Both the position numbers and the translations under genes were made by a program. Below, in pieces: positions 54,014 through 62,831 of a stretch of 64,000 nucleotides of DNA. Origin of the DNA: an uncultured Candidatus Saccharibacteria bacterium (lineage in GTDB: Bacteria > Patescibacteriota > Saccharimonadia > Saccharimonadales > SZUA-47); assembly GCA_964536485.1 (NCBI GenBank), contig CAZHXX010000006.1, positions 6,777 through 70,776 on the forward strand. Reading direction: 5' to 3'. Under the pieces are notes generated by a model. The model made no database searches, was not told the origin of the DNA, and saw only the letters and a list, made by a program, of their open reading frames with translations. Position 1 is the stretch's first letter, and every line of letters begins with the position of its first letter.

Positions 54014-54488
54014 TGCCTGCCCTTTACCCAGCCTTACTTTTGCCTGCAGGTGCAAAAGTAAGCAAAAACCCCGCAGCCTACAATAAGAACATGATTGCCA
54101 TACAGAGAAATGACAGCGTTCCTTGCGGAACACAAGCGGTCAAAAGTAGTTATTAAATAAGAAGACTTTTGACTAGTCCTCGGAAATGATTCGTTGTCAT
54201 TTCTCTGTATGGCATCAGTCTTATTGTTAAAGGCTGGTTAGGCTACAGTAGCTCTGTAGCTAGTCAGCACCGCAAGAAAACCGATGGTCTCAGCTAAAGA
54301 TTCTATTGAATCACTTCCGAGGACTAGCCGAGTTACTCTACTTTAGTAACTAACGAGGCCGCTCGCCGTTCCGCAGGAACGATAGAATCTTTAGCTGAGC
54401 CAATAGTGCTTTTCTTGCATGTTGCGGACTTTTTGCATACTTTTGAGACTGCAGTCAAAAGTATGGCGTGGGGTAAAAGGGGCTGGCA
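54014..54488. ncRNA. candidate large ornate structured RNA (unclassified); strand undetermined
   Basis: No ORF >=60 aa in 53945-54594. Closing helix 54014-54032/54466-54488 encloses two 11-bp hairpins, two ~165-nt rods with perfect 18-bp and 16-bp cores, and a 7-bp hairpin (details in findings). Confidence 0.6.
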
Positions 54489-54651
54489 CTAGCCCCTCAG
54501 AGCTTTTTGACTGTCAAAAAATAAGAGCCGTCTGTCGCGCGAAAAGCCACATTAAGAGTCGAAGACTCTTTCAAAAATACGGCTAAAGAAGGCATTGGAA
54601 AGCAAAAATATATTTAAAGAATTTAATAAAACTAGAAAAGGAATCTATCTT

Positions 54652-54933
54652 ATGCGTGAAGGACTACACGAACCCGTCTCCGTTCTCTCAATCTACTCAG
54701 AAAAAGTAAAAATCTTTAAGCCCGCCATACTCACCTGGCACGGCATCGACTACCGTCTCGGCAAGGTCGACTTCTACCACAAAACAAAAAAGGGTTTTAC
54801 CACCCTGCATCACTTCTCAATCTCAGCCAAAGACGAATCCGTCTACTTCAAGCTTCTCTTTGACGCCAGCACGCTCAACTGGACGCTAGAAGAATATCAA
54901 ATGGCCGGAGAAACTCAGGCTCACTATGGGTAA
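54652..54933 (+). CDS. hypothetical protein
   Basis: Track ORF (TTG 54595) probably starts at ATG 54652 (AAAGGA upstream); 93 aa. Confidence 0.45.
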   Translation: MREGLHEPVSVLSIYSEKVKIFKPAILTWHGIDYRLGKVDFYHKTKKGFTTLHHFSISAKDESVYFKLLFDASTLNWTLEEYQMAGETQAHYG

Positions 54934-55015
54934 ATTACCTCCATAGTCCTTGAGCACTTATACAGTTAGCATTTTTCTTAGCGCAGTAGTAAATTAAATT
55001 TAGGTAGAAGTAACC

Positions 55016-55423
55016 ATGTATAAAACTTCAGTTACAAGAAATCCAGGAACGTCCTATGGGGAACTTATGAAAAGTGCTCGTAAGACTTTTCATAGAATTC
55101 AGAAGATGACACCTCGTAGGCAGGCCTATATAAGATCTGCTTACTTTAAAAAGAATAAGGTTTTTGTAACGCTTTTCTGGCATCATCTTGCTCAGAAGCA
55201 CCCTGCGGAGCAGGCAAAAAGGCTAAAGTTCTACGATGCGGCGATTGAGCTCATAAGACATACATCTCAGACTCCAGAGACAATTTTTGATAAAGGTAAC
55301 CTGGAGATACTATTGCATCGTTTTCAGGGAGAAACAAAAGAGGGCTTCAAGTTCAGTGTACAGATAAAAGAGCAAAAAAGAACCGGAAGAAAAGACTTCA
55401 TGTCGGTATTTCCCAAAAAATAA
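55016..55423 (+). CDS. hypothetical basic protein
   Basis: 135-aa ORF, no motif I can name with confidence. Confidence 0.5.
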   Translation: MYKTSVTRNPGTSYGELMKSARKTFHRIQKMTPRRQAYIRSAYFKKNKVFVTLFWHHLAQKHPAEQAKRLKFYDAAIELIRHTSQTPETIFDKGNLEILLHRFQGETKEGFKFSVQIKEQKRTGRKDFMSVFPKK

Positions 55424-55545
55424 AGAACTCCCGCTGATGTGGCGTTGAAACCACGGTGCCGGAGATCTTGTTTAAATAGTAGCAAATCATATGCACATTG
55501 TCAATCTGCCTATGGTTAAGCTGATGGAAACCTGTAAATAATAAA

Positions 55546-55803
55546 CTATATTTCTAAAACCGCAGGAACAAACGTCCCAGCAAGAAGAGCTTCACGGTTG
55601 CTCTTCATTACACAGGCGCCACTTTCGTTTGCAATAGAACCAAAGAGGCCACTTTGTATGGTGCGGAGACAGCCCGGGATGCGACACGTCGTATTTTTGC
55701 CAGCAGGCGGCATTGGCGCTGTTTCAGCACAAGGAACTACTTCGGTAGGCAAGATTTCTACTGACTCAGGGGAAGCTTGTCTTACGAAAACTGGAGTATT
55801 CAT
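55546..55803 (-). CDS. hypothetical 85-aa Cys-containing protein, leaderless
   Basis: ATG 55803 lies 8 nt downstream of a perfect consensus promoter. Confidence 0.4.
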   Translation of the reverse strand: MNTPVFVRQASPESVEILPTEVVPCAETAPMPPAGKNTTCRIPGCLRTIQSGLFGSIANESGACVMKSNREALLAGTFVPAVLEI

Positions 55804-55811
55804 AATATTAT

Positions 55812-55840
55812 ATTATAACAAATTATGAACAATATGTCAA
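55812..55840 (-). promoter_or_regulatory. perfect consensus sigma70 promoter (TTGACA-17-TATAAT)
   Basis: Minus strand: TTGACA (55840-55835), tattgttcataatttgt (17 nt), TATAAT (55817-55812), 8 nt, ATG. Confidence 0.65.
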
Positions 55841-56178
55841 TACACTCATCTGTTTTAGGGCCTTGTCTACAGCATCGTCTTGAAACTGATGAATCATGGT
55901 TTGAAAATGACCGAATCATTGCCGAGGACCAGTCCGGCTACTCCTTTTCAGTAACTAGCCGGATCGCTTGCGTCCCGAGATCGTGTTACCTTTCACACAC
56001 AAGCAATCTTGTATTGCTTGCTGTCGGAAAGGTTGCTTGTCGGGCACGGTCAGTTTTGAGCCATGTTCAATCATGTTTTCAAGAGGGCTGCGGCTCTTTT
56101 GCTAACTTTTCCAGCTGCTGGGAAAAGTTAGTCCTGGGTCAAGGGACGAAGTCGCCCTTGCAGAAAAGGCCTTTATGA
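55825..56178 (+). CDS. doubtful ORF (117 aa) versus structured leader upstream of the Y-family polymerase
   Basis: Ends in an ATGA overlap with the polymerase start (coupling-like), but Cys/Ser-rich junk-like composition and 4 strong hairpins inside. Confidence 0.25.
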   Translation: MNNMSIHSSVLGPCLQHRLETDESWFENDRIIAEDQSGYSFSVTSRIACVPRSCYLSHTSNLVLLAVGKVACRARSVLSHVQSCFQEGCGSFANFSSCWEKLVLGQGTKSPLQKRPL

Positions 56179-57737
56179 ACAATCTTCCGCTCAACAAACA
56201 ACTTCCCTATACGATGCACATCGACCTCAATTCGTGTTTTGCTATTATCGAGCAACAAGCAAATCGGCTTTTGCGAGGCAAACCAGTCGGCATCGCCGCC
56301 TATGACACGCCCAGAGGCTTCGTACTTGCAGCCAGCTATGAAGCTAAAGCCAAGGGGGTGAAGCTTGGGGTAAACGTAGAGCAGTCGCGAGCATTGTGCC
56401 CAGGGATCATCATTCTTACGCCTGACCCCGCTAAATATCGTGAAGCCCACAAACGCTTCAAAGAGTTATTGCTAGAGTACACGCCAAATGTAGTGCCAAA
56501 GAGCATCGATGAGTTCGTATTAGACATGAGCTCTTCACCAGAGCTCAGAAGAGTGAAGGATGAATTACGGATGAAGAACAACACCCCCGCAGCATCTCAT
56601 AACTCATCATTCATAACTCGTCACTCAGAGCCCCCTCAACTATCAACTGTCGATCCTCAAGCCTCAGAATCAGACCGGCTTCTTCACAACGAGGCCATGA
56701 AATTAATTGGCCTAAGTATGAAGGCGAAGATTCGTGAGCGTCTCGGCGAATGGGTGACGGTCAACGTAGGGATTAGCACTAATCGCTTCTTGGCTAAATA
56801 TGCCGCCGGCTTTGGCAAGCCAGACGGCATGACACTCATCGACCATACTAACCTTAGAGATTACTACCGATGTCGCACGCCTCAGACTTGTGCTAGTTTT
56901 AATTCTGCTCAAAAGCCGGTCGATCGCTGTGAGTCGTGCGGGGGGATGAAGTTGGTGGACTTGCCAGGTATCAACGTCCGTTACCGAGCCCGACTCCGCA
57001 TGGCTCAGATTTATACCCCGCTCGACTTCCTAGAGGCTGACCTAAACGTATTACGTAAGCAAGTATTTAAAAGCATCGTGGGCTACTATTGGTATCTGCG
57101 CCTTCGTGGGCATGAAATAGACAAAGTAGAATTTAGTCGCAAAAGTATTGGGCACCAGTACGCCCTAAGCGACAAAACTACTGATATGGAGAAGCTGGAG
57201 CGTTTACTCCTGAAATTGTGTGAAAAAACCGGCCGGCGCTTGCGTAAAAACAACCTCTACGCTCTGGGCATCCATCTTTACCTTGGTTTTGTATCTGACT
57301 ATCCGTCGTGGGATGGCCCTGCCAGTTTTGAAAATATGCAAAATATTCGCTCATGGCATCATGGTCATAAGGTAGATCATCGCCTCTACTCAACCTCCGA
57401 CATATACGAAGCAGCCAAAAAACTCCTGCATCAAGCAGAGATACCTAACCGTGTAAAAATTATGTCCGTCCATGTCTTTGAGCTTCGCGATTGGGATCCA
57501 GAGCAGCTCACCATCTTTGATATAGAAAAACCTGTTGAAGCAGACAGTGGGACAAAGCATCGTTTGCAAACGGTCGCCACAGGTATACGAAGTGTCGGCT
57601 CCCGCAAGCGCGTCTCAGACGCCGTAGATGCTATTAATAATCGTTACGGTGAGTTTGTAGTTACTCCTGCAGCCATGATGGACATGTCCAGCGAAATCCT
57701 CGACCGCATCGCCTTCGGCCAAGTCAAAGATATGTAA
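56175..57737 (+). CDS. Y-family DNA polymerase, UmuC/ImpB-like, with insertions
   Basis: 'MHIDLNSCFAIIEQ' (DxN as in UmuC 'CDVNAFYASCE'), 'KPVGIAAYD..GFVLAASYEAKAKGVKLG', 'SIDEFVLDMS' catalytic DE. Confidence 0.85.
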   Translation: MNNLPLNKQLPYTMHIDLNSCFAIIEQQANRLLRGKPVGIAAYDTPRGFVLAASYEAKAKGVKLGVNVEQSRALCPGIIILTPDPAKYREAHKRFKELLLEYTPNVVPKSIDEFVLDMSSSPELRRVKDELRMKNNTPAASHNSSFITRHSEPPQLSTVDPQASESDRLLHNEAMKLIGLSMKAKIRERLGEWVTVNVGISTNRFLAKYAAGFGKPDGMTLIDHTNLRDYYRCRTPQTCASFNSAQKPVDRCESCGGMKLVDLPGINVRYRARLRMAQIYTPLDFLEADLNVLRKQVFKSIVGYYWYLRLRGHEIDKVEFSRKSIGHQYALSDKTTDMEKLERLLLKLCEKTGRRLRKNNLYALGIHLYLGFVSDYPSWDGPASFENMQNIRSWHHGHKVDHRLYSTSDIYEAAKKLLHQAEIPNRVKIMSVHVFELRDWDPEQLTIFDIEKPVEADSGTKHRLQTVATGIRSVGSRKRVSDAVDAINNRYGEFVVTPAAMMDMSSEILDRIAFGQVKDM

Positions 57738-57765
57738 AATAGGAGGTAAGAGGTAAAGAAAAAGG

Positions 57766-58314
57766 CTACAATAGAGAGAACTTTCGATAAAAAGAACGAA
57801 CTAATGGTTCCCCATCTTGGATATCTGCAGAGCGATGGAGTAGTAACCCGGCATCACCTCTTGCAATGGTAAAGGGTTCCAGCTGTTCGAGAAAAGTAAC
57901 CTCAATGTCAAGACCCGCTCGGACAATTCCTCCTCTTCTGCAAGCCTCCTCTACCCACTCTGTTCCGAGATGGCGGTCTAAATAATTGGCTGGCTTATCC
58001 TCAATATATAGATGATTATACTCTGGTATTTTTTCGTAATTAACCACAACTCCAGCAACAAAAGGTGGAGTAGAGCTAGCAGCAAGTTCTACGATGAAGC
58101 AACCCGGACTATTCTCGTCTGTATGCCAACAACGAGCAGACGAAGATCTAAAAGTATTCCTAGAGAGGCGATCAGCAGTCTCACGAAACACATTGGGGTG
58201 TCCCTTTGAATTTAGCGCAATTCTTGTGAGCATCAAGCTCTTAATTTCTTCAGTTGCAGGCTCAATAGTAGGTTGTGGAAAGACAATGGTATAATTTATT
58301 TTATCAATACCCAT
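57766..58314 (-). CDS. hypothetical protein (possibly GNAT-like, weak)
   Basis: 182-aa ORF; 'YLDRHLGTEWVEEACRRGG' vaguely resembles GNAT motif A. Confidence 0.45.
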   Translation of the reverse strand: MGIDKINYTIVFPQPTIEPATEEIKSLMLTRIALNSKGHPNVFRETADRLSRNTFRSSSARCWHTDENSPGCFIVELAASSTPPFVAGVVVNYEKIPEYNHLYIEDKPANYLDRHLGTEWVEEACRRGGIVRAGLDIEVTFLEQLEPFTIARGDAGLLLHRSADIQDGEPLVRSFYRKFSLL

Positions 58315-58322
58315 AACATTAA

Positions 58323-60134
58323 TTATTTTGCAGCGCGTTTGCGCTTGTTGTGGTCAAGTTCTCGCTTGCGTAGGCGCAAGTTCTTAGGAGTCACTTCAAG
58401 GAGTTCATCATTCTCAATAAAATCAAGGCACTGCTCGAGACTCATGATCGTATGAGGGGTAAGCTGAACAACACCGTCAGAACTCTTACTTCGCATGTTT
58501 GTGAGGTGCTTTTCTTTGCAGATGTTCACTTCAAGGTCATCTTGCCTTTGGTTCAAGCCCACGACTTGCCCTGCATAGATTTGCTCACCCGGGCCAACAT
58601 ACAAAATACCTCGTTCCCATGCATTTTCAAGTGCATAAGGCGTGCTTACACCGGCTTCCCAAGCAATCAAAACCCCATTTCTAATCTGTTCTAGCGCAGT
58701 ACCAACCGGCGCATAGCTATCCAGTAGCGTGTTCATGATTACAGTACCTTTTGTGGCGGTAAGCAAGATGTTGCGGGCGCCCAAAAGTGAACGAGTAGGC
58801 AATTTATATACGAGCTTAGTTACACCTTTGTTACTGCTAAATTGGTCAATCAACTCAGCTCGTCGCTTGCCAAATTCCATCTGAATTGCTCCAACGTGTT
58901 CTGCTGGCACTTCTACGATAACTTCTTCAATCGGTTCTACTTCAACGCCATTTTCAACATGCGTAACCACTTGTGGGCGTCCTACTTCAAACTCGAACCC
59001 CTCACGTCGCATAGTTTCAATCAGTACAGATAGGTGTAATTCGCCACGTCCAGCAACAAGAAATCCAATTCCTTCTTCTTCAACACGGAGTCCAACGTTC
59101 GTTTCAAGTTCTTGTTTGAGGCGGTCACTAATCTGACGGCTCGTCGTAAACTCACCTTCCTTACCCTTTAGTGGGCTGGTGTTTGGCCCAAGATAGATTT
59201 TGAGCGTCGGTGCTTCAACTTCGATTCGTGGCAAGCTTTCTGGTGCATCAGCATCGGCAATAGTATCGCCAATTTGGCTATCAGAAATGCCAGAAACAGA
59301 GACGATGTCTCCTGCGCTAGCTGAATCTATCTCGATAAACTGCAAGCCAACAGTTCTATAAATGCGGTCAATTTTTCCCTTCTTGCTGCCATTTTCTTGA
59401 CACAGTACAACCGGTTGACCCTTCTTTACTGTGCCACGCTCAACGCGCCCAACAGAATACTTTCCTTGGAAAGAGTCATAACGCAGTGCAGAAACAAGAA
59501 GCTGGAATGTTCCTTCGCTTGAGACTTGAGGTGCAGAAATGTCGTTGATAATCGCATCAAAGATAGGCGTGAGGTCGGCATCTGCGGTTGCGTCAGCCGG
59601 TACGCTTTCCCAAGCCTTTGCTTCCCTTCCAATCGCGTAGTAAGTTGGGTAATGAAGCTGATCTTCATGAATTGCAAGTTCCAAGAATAGGTCTGCAAGC
59701 TCATCCTCAACTTCTCCAAGCCGTCGAGCAGGCTTATCTATCTTATTTATCACCACAATTGGTTTTAGACCTAAGCCAAGCGCTTTGCTCAAAACAAACT
59801 TCGTTTGTGGCATCGGGCCTTCTTGAGCATCAACAACCAAAATAACACCGTCAGCCATGCGAAGTGTTCTTTCTACCTCACCACTAAAGTCAGCGTGCCC
59901 CGGTGTGTCGATAATATTAATTCGGAAACCTTGGTAGTCAACAGCAGTAATCTTAGCGGTAATCGTAATACCACGTTCGCGCTCCTGGTCGCCACTGTCC
60001 ATGATGAGCTCTTGGCCCATCTCTGCTTGGTTATCACGAAATGTCTGCGACTGTTTTAAAAGCCCGTCAACCAGGGTAGTTTTGCCATGATCAACGTGAG
60101 CGATAATGGCTATATTTCTAATCTTATCTTGCAT
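58323..60134 (-). CDS. typA: translational GTPase TypA/BipA
   Basis: '[19 protein letters not shown]', 'DTPGHADF', 'NKID'; 603 aa. Confidence 0.95.
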   Translation of the reverse strand: MQDKIRNIAIIAHVDHGKTTLVDGLLKQSQTFRDNQAEMGQELIMDSGDQERERGITITAKITAVDYQGFRINIIDTPGHADFSGEVERTLRMADGVILVVDAQEGPMPQTKFVLSKALGLGLKPIVVINKIDKPARRLGEVEDELADLFLELAIHEDQLHYPTYYAIGREAKAWESVPADATADADLTPIFDAIINDISAPQVSSEGTFQLLVSALRYDSFQGKYSVGRVERGTVKKGQPVVLCQENGSKKGKIDRIYRTVGLQFIEIDSASAGDIVSVSGISDSQIGDTIADADAPESLPRIEVEAPTLKIYLGPNTSPLKGKEGEFTTSRQISDRLKQELETNVGLRVEEEGIGFLVAGRGELHLSVLIETMRREGFEFEVGRPQVVTHVENGVEVEPIEEVIVEVPAEHVGAIQMEFGKRRAELIDQFSSNKGVTKLVYKLPTRSLLGARNILLTATKGTVIMNTLLDSYAPVGTALEQIRNGVLIAWEAGVSTPYALENAWERGILYVGPGEQIYAGQVVGLNQRQDDLEVNICKEKHLTNMRSKSSDGVVQLTPHTIMSLEQCLDFIENDELLEVTPKNLRLRKRELDHNKRKRAAK

Positions 60135-60393
60135 GAATAGTTCCGTTTCTTCATTAAAAAATCTGGGAATTACAGCCCAGATAGTAATTTATGTATATTT
60201 TAGCACATTTCAATAAAAAATACACCTCTCATTGTACTTGTGCTTGTTTCGCATAAGCACTATACTTAAATGTGTATGTCGTATAAGGGTTCGCAGAACC
60301 AGTTCTATGCTCTATGTATATCGAATTGTTCAGCCACCCGAAGAAATCGAAGTAGAGACCAAACGCATAAAATCAAAACGAGGGTGTAACTAT

Positions 60394-61605
60394 ATGAAGG
60401 TGTTAATGCTGGGATGGGAACTACCGCCACATCATGCGGGTGGCATGGGTATTGCTTGCTACCAGATGTGCCAAGGGTTGTCAGCCCAAGGTATAGACAT
60501 TGAATTTATCCTTCCCTACACCGCCGAATTTAATATCCCTTTCATGAAGGTAACGCCAGCACATCATCAAAGTGTTGACCATATCAAATTTGCGGGTGGT
60601 GTCTACGACACTGCTTCCTACGGGATTACTCAAACGCACACTATTGTTGGCCAACTAGATTTGCGTCAACAACATGATTTATATGCTCATAACGTCGCAA
60701 AAATTGCGAGTTCAACAGAGTTTGACATCATCCATGCGCACGATTGGCTCACCTTCAAAGCCGCGATTCTAGCCAAGCAAGTATCCGGAAAGCCGTTGAT
60801 TGCGCACGTTCATGCAACACAGTTTGACCAATCTGCTGGTGGTCACGGCAACCCAGAAGTGAGAGAAATAGAATACGCAGCGCTCATGATGGCAGACCAG
60901 GTGTTTGCCGTCAGTCAATACACCAAGGACGTTATAGTCAGAGAATACGGCATTAACCCGGATAAAATCCATGTCGTCCACAACTCAATGGATATAAGCT
61001 ACGACATCGATGAGACATACAACCTTCACCGTTATCTCGAAAAAATGAAGGCACATGGCTATAAAGTAGTGGTAAACGCAGGCCGTAAAACGATTCAAAA
61101 AGGCCTCACACAGCTCCTCGAATCTGCAAAAAAAGTCGTCGAGAAAGATAATAAAGTGTTGTTTTTGCTTGCAGGAGGTGGCGAGCAAGAAGAAGAACTC
61201 ATGATGCTCGCCGCTCAGTATGGTATTTCGCAGAATGTTATCTTTGAAGGCTGGATGAACGGAACGGGTAAGCCATGGCGAGATACCTTCCGTATTGCAG
61301 ATGTGTTTATTATGCCCAGTGTGAGCGAGCCATTCGGTCTCGTAGCACTAGAAGCGATAGGTTATGGTGCACCAGTAATTGTCTCTAAGCAGTCTGGTGT
61401 TAGCGAAGTATTGCGTAATGCCTATAAAGTAGATTTCTGGGACACAGATCAAATGGCAGATATGATTTTGTCACTTTGTCAGCATCCGTCACTCGCCAGA
61501 ACAATGTGGCAAGAAAGCTACAAAGAGTACGAACAGCAGTCATGGGAAAAATCAGTTGGCATCATGAAGCACCGCTACCACCATGCAGTTGGAGTAGCCG
61601 TATGA
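60394..61605 (+). CDS. GT-B glycosyltransferase, glycogen/alpha-glucan-synthase-like (GT4)
   Basis: Track ORF trimmed to ATG 60394 (GAGGG SD): 'MKVLMLGWELPPHHAGGMG'; 'SEPFGLVALEAIGYGAP'. Confidence 0.8.
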   Translation: MKVLMLGWELPPHHAGGMGIACYQMCQGLSAQGIDIEFILPYTAEFNIPFMKVTPAHHQSVDHIKFAGGVYDTASYGITQTHTIVGQLDLRQQHDLYAHNVAKIASSTEFDIIHAHDWLTFKAAILAKQVSGKPLIAHVHATQFDQSAGGHGNPEVREIEYAALMMADQVFAVSQYTKDVIVREYGINPDKIHVVHNSMDISYDIDETYNLHRYLEKMKAHGYKVVVNAGRKTIQKGLTQLLESAKKVVEKDNKVLFLLAGGGEQEEELMMLAAQYGISQNVIFEGWMNGTGKPWRDTFRIADVFIMPSVSEPFGLVALEAIGYGAPVIVSKQSGVSEVLRNAYKVDFWDTDQMADMILSLCQHPSLARTMWQESYKEYEQQSWEKSVGIMKHRYHHAVGVAV

Positions 61606-62831
61606 GTAAGTCGGTCGTCTTATACTTACATGCCCACCAGCCGTGGCGCGTCAAGCCTTACTCAATATTTAACGCAGGCCACGACCACCAGTACTTCAAT
61701 GACGAAACAGAGTACAAAGACACCAATAACCGCTTTATCATAGACAAAGTTGCTGAAAAATCTTATATCCCAACAAACACAGTGCTCAAAGAACTTCTGC
61801 TAAAGCATCCTGAGTTCAAAATTAGTCTCTCTATCACAGGCACTTTAATAGAGCAACTTGAAATGTGGCGTCCAGATGTCTTGCAGTCATTCAAAGAAAT
61901 CGTTGCAACCGGCAAAGTTGAGATTGTTGCAGAAACGTACTACCACAGCCTCGCGTTTTTCTACTCGCGTGCCGAATTCGTCAAACAGGTTGCTATGCAT
62001 GCAAACAAAGTCCGTGAAGTTTTTGGTGTCAGTCCTACCGCCTTCCGCAACACCGAGTTAAGTTACAATAACGACCTCGCATATTGGGCAGACGAAGCCG
62101 GCTACAAGGCTATCATTACAGAGGGATGGGATCCGATTCTTGGCTGGCGTTCACCAAACTACGTCTACCGTCCTTCTTACACTGAAAATATCCGTTTACT
62201 CATGAAGAACTATCGTTTGAGTGACGATGTTGCATTCCGTTTCTCCGACAAGAACTGGTCAGAGTGGCCACTCACCACAGAAAAATATTGCCAGTGGCTC
62301 AACGAAACCGAAGTAAACGGCGATGTTATTAACCTCTTTATGGACTATGAGACCTTTGGTGAACACCAATGGGCAGACACCGGTATTTTTGACTTCCTTC
62401 GTGCTTTTCCAAACGAATGGCTAAAGGGCGATGGCCACGATTTCAAGACTATCACCGAGGCAGCAGAAGCCTACGAAGCAAAGGATTATGTTGACGTTCC
62501 GCAAACAATCACGTGGGCTGACACTGAGCGTGACTTGACAGCTTGGTTAGGTAACCCAATGCAACATGACGCAATACTGGGGCTCTACGCGCTTGAAAAG
62601 AAGATGATAGAAAGCGACGATTCGTCACTTGTTGGAGATTGGCGAAAACTGCAAACAAGCGACCATTTTTATTACATGTGCACAAAATGGTTCTCAGACG
62701 GCGATGTACACGCATATTTTAGCCCGTATACATCGCCTTACGAGGCATTCCGTTATTTTATGAATGCATGGAGAGACGTACAATCAAGATTACTATCATC
62801 AGGTGGGGGTGAAGAATGGCGCGAAGTGTAA
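61602..62831 (+). CDS. GH57 family glycoside hydrolase (alpha-amylase/branching-enzyme type)
   Basis: ATGA overlap start; 'LYLHAHQPWR' GH57 signature, 'ETFGEH'. Confidence 0.85.
   Translation: MSKSVVLYLHAHQPWRVKPYSIFNAGHDHQYFNDETEYKDTNNRFIIDKVAEKSYIPTNTVLKELLLKHPEFKISLSITGTLIEQLEMWRPDVLQSFKEIVATGKVEIVAETYYHSLAFFYSRAEFVKQVAMHANKVREVFGVSPTAFRNTELSYNNDLAYWADEAGYKAIITEGWDPILGWRSPNYVYRPSYTENIRLLMKNYRLSDDVAFRFSDKNWSEWPLTTEKYCQWLNETEVNGDVINLFMDYETFGEHQWADTGIFDFLRAFPNEWLKGDGHDFKTITEAAEAYEAKDYVDVPQTITWADTERDLTAWLGNPMQHDAILGLYALEKKMIESDDSSLVGDWRKLQTSDHFYYMCTKWFSDGDVHAYFSPYTSPYEAFRYFMNAWRDVQSRLLSSGGGEEWREV

Noticed and set aside
54014-54488. Could the structured element be RNase P RNA, tmRNA, SRP/6S RNA, a group I/II intron or a retron msr/msd?
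   Set aside because: I found no GAGGAAAGUCC/ACAGNA RNase P core, no tmRNA tRNA-like ends or tag ORF, no SRP GGAA/AGCA helix-8 motif, and no group II domain V or GUGYG 5' end. There is no adjacent reverse transcriptase and no host tRNA or rRNA gene. This is not a formal covariance-model search, so the rejection is provisional.
55922-55929. CCGAGGAC in the polymerase leader matches the D2-apex 13-mer and is complementary to the D1-apex 13-mer, which might suggest trans base-pairing regulation
   Set aside because: An 8-mer is expected about once or twice by chance in 2 x 64 kb. The evidence is insufficient.
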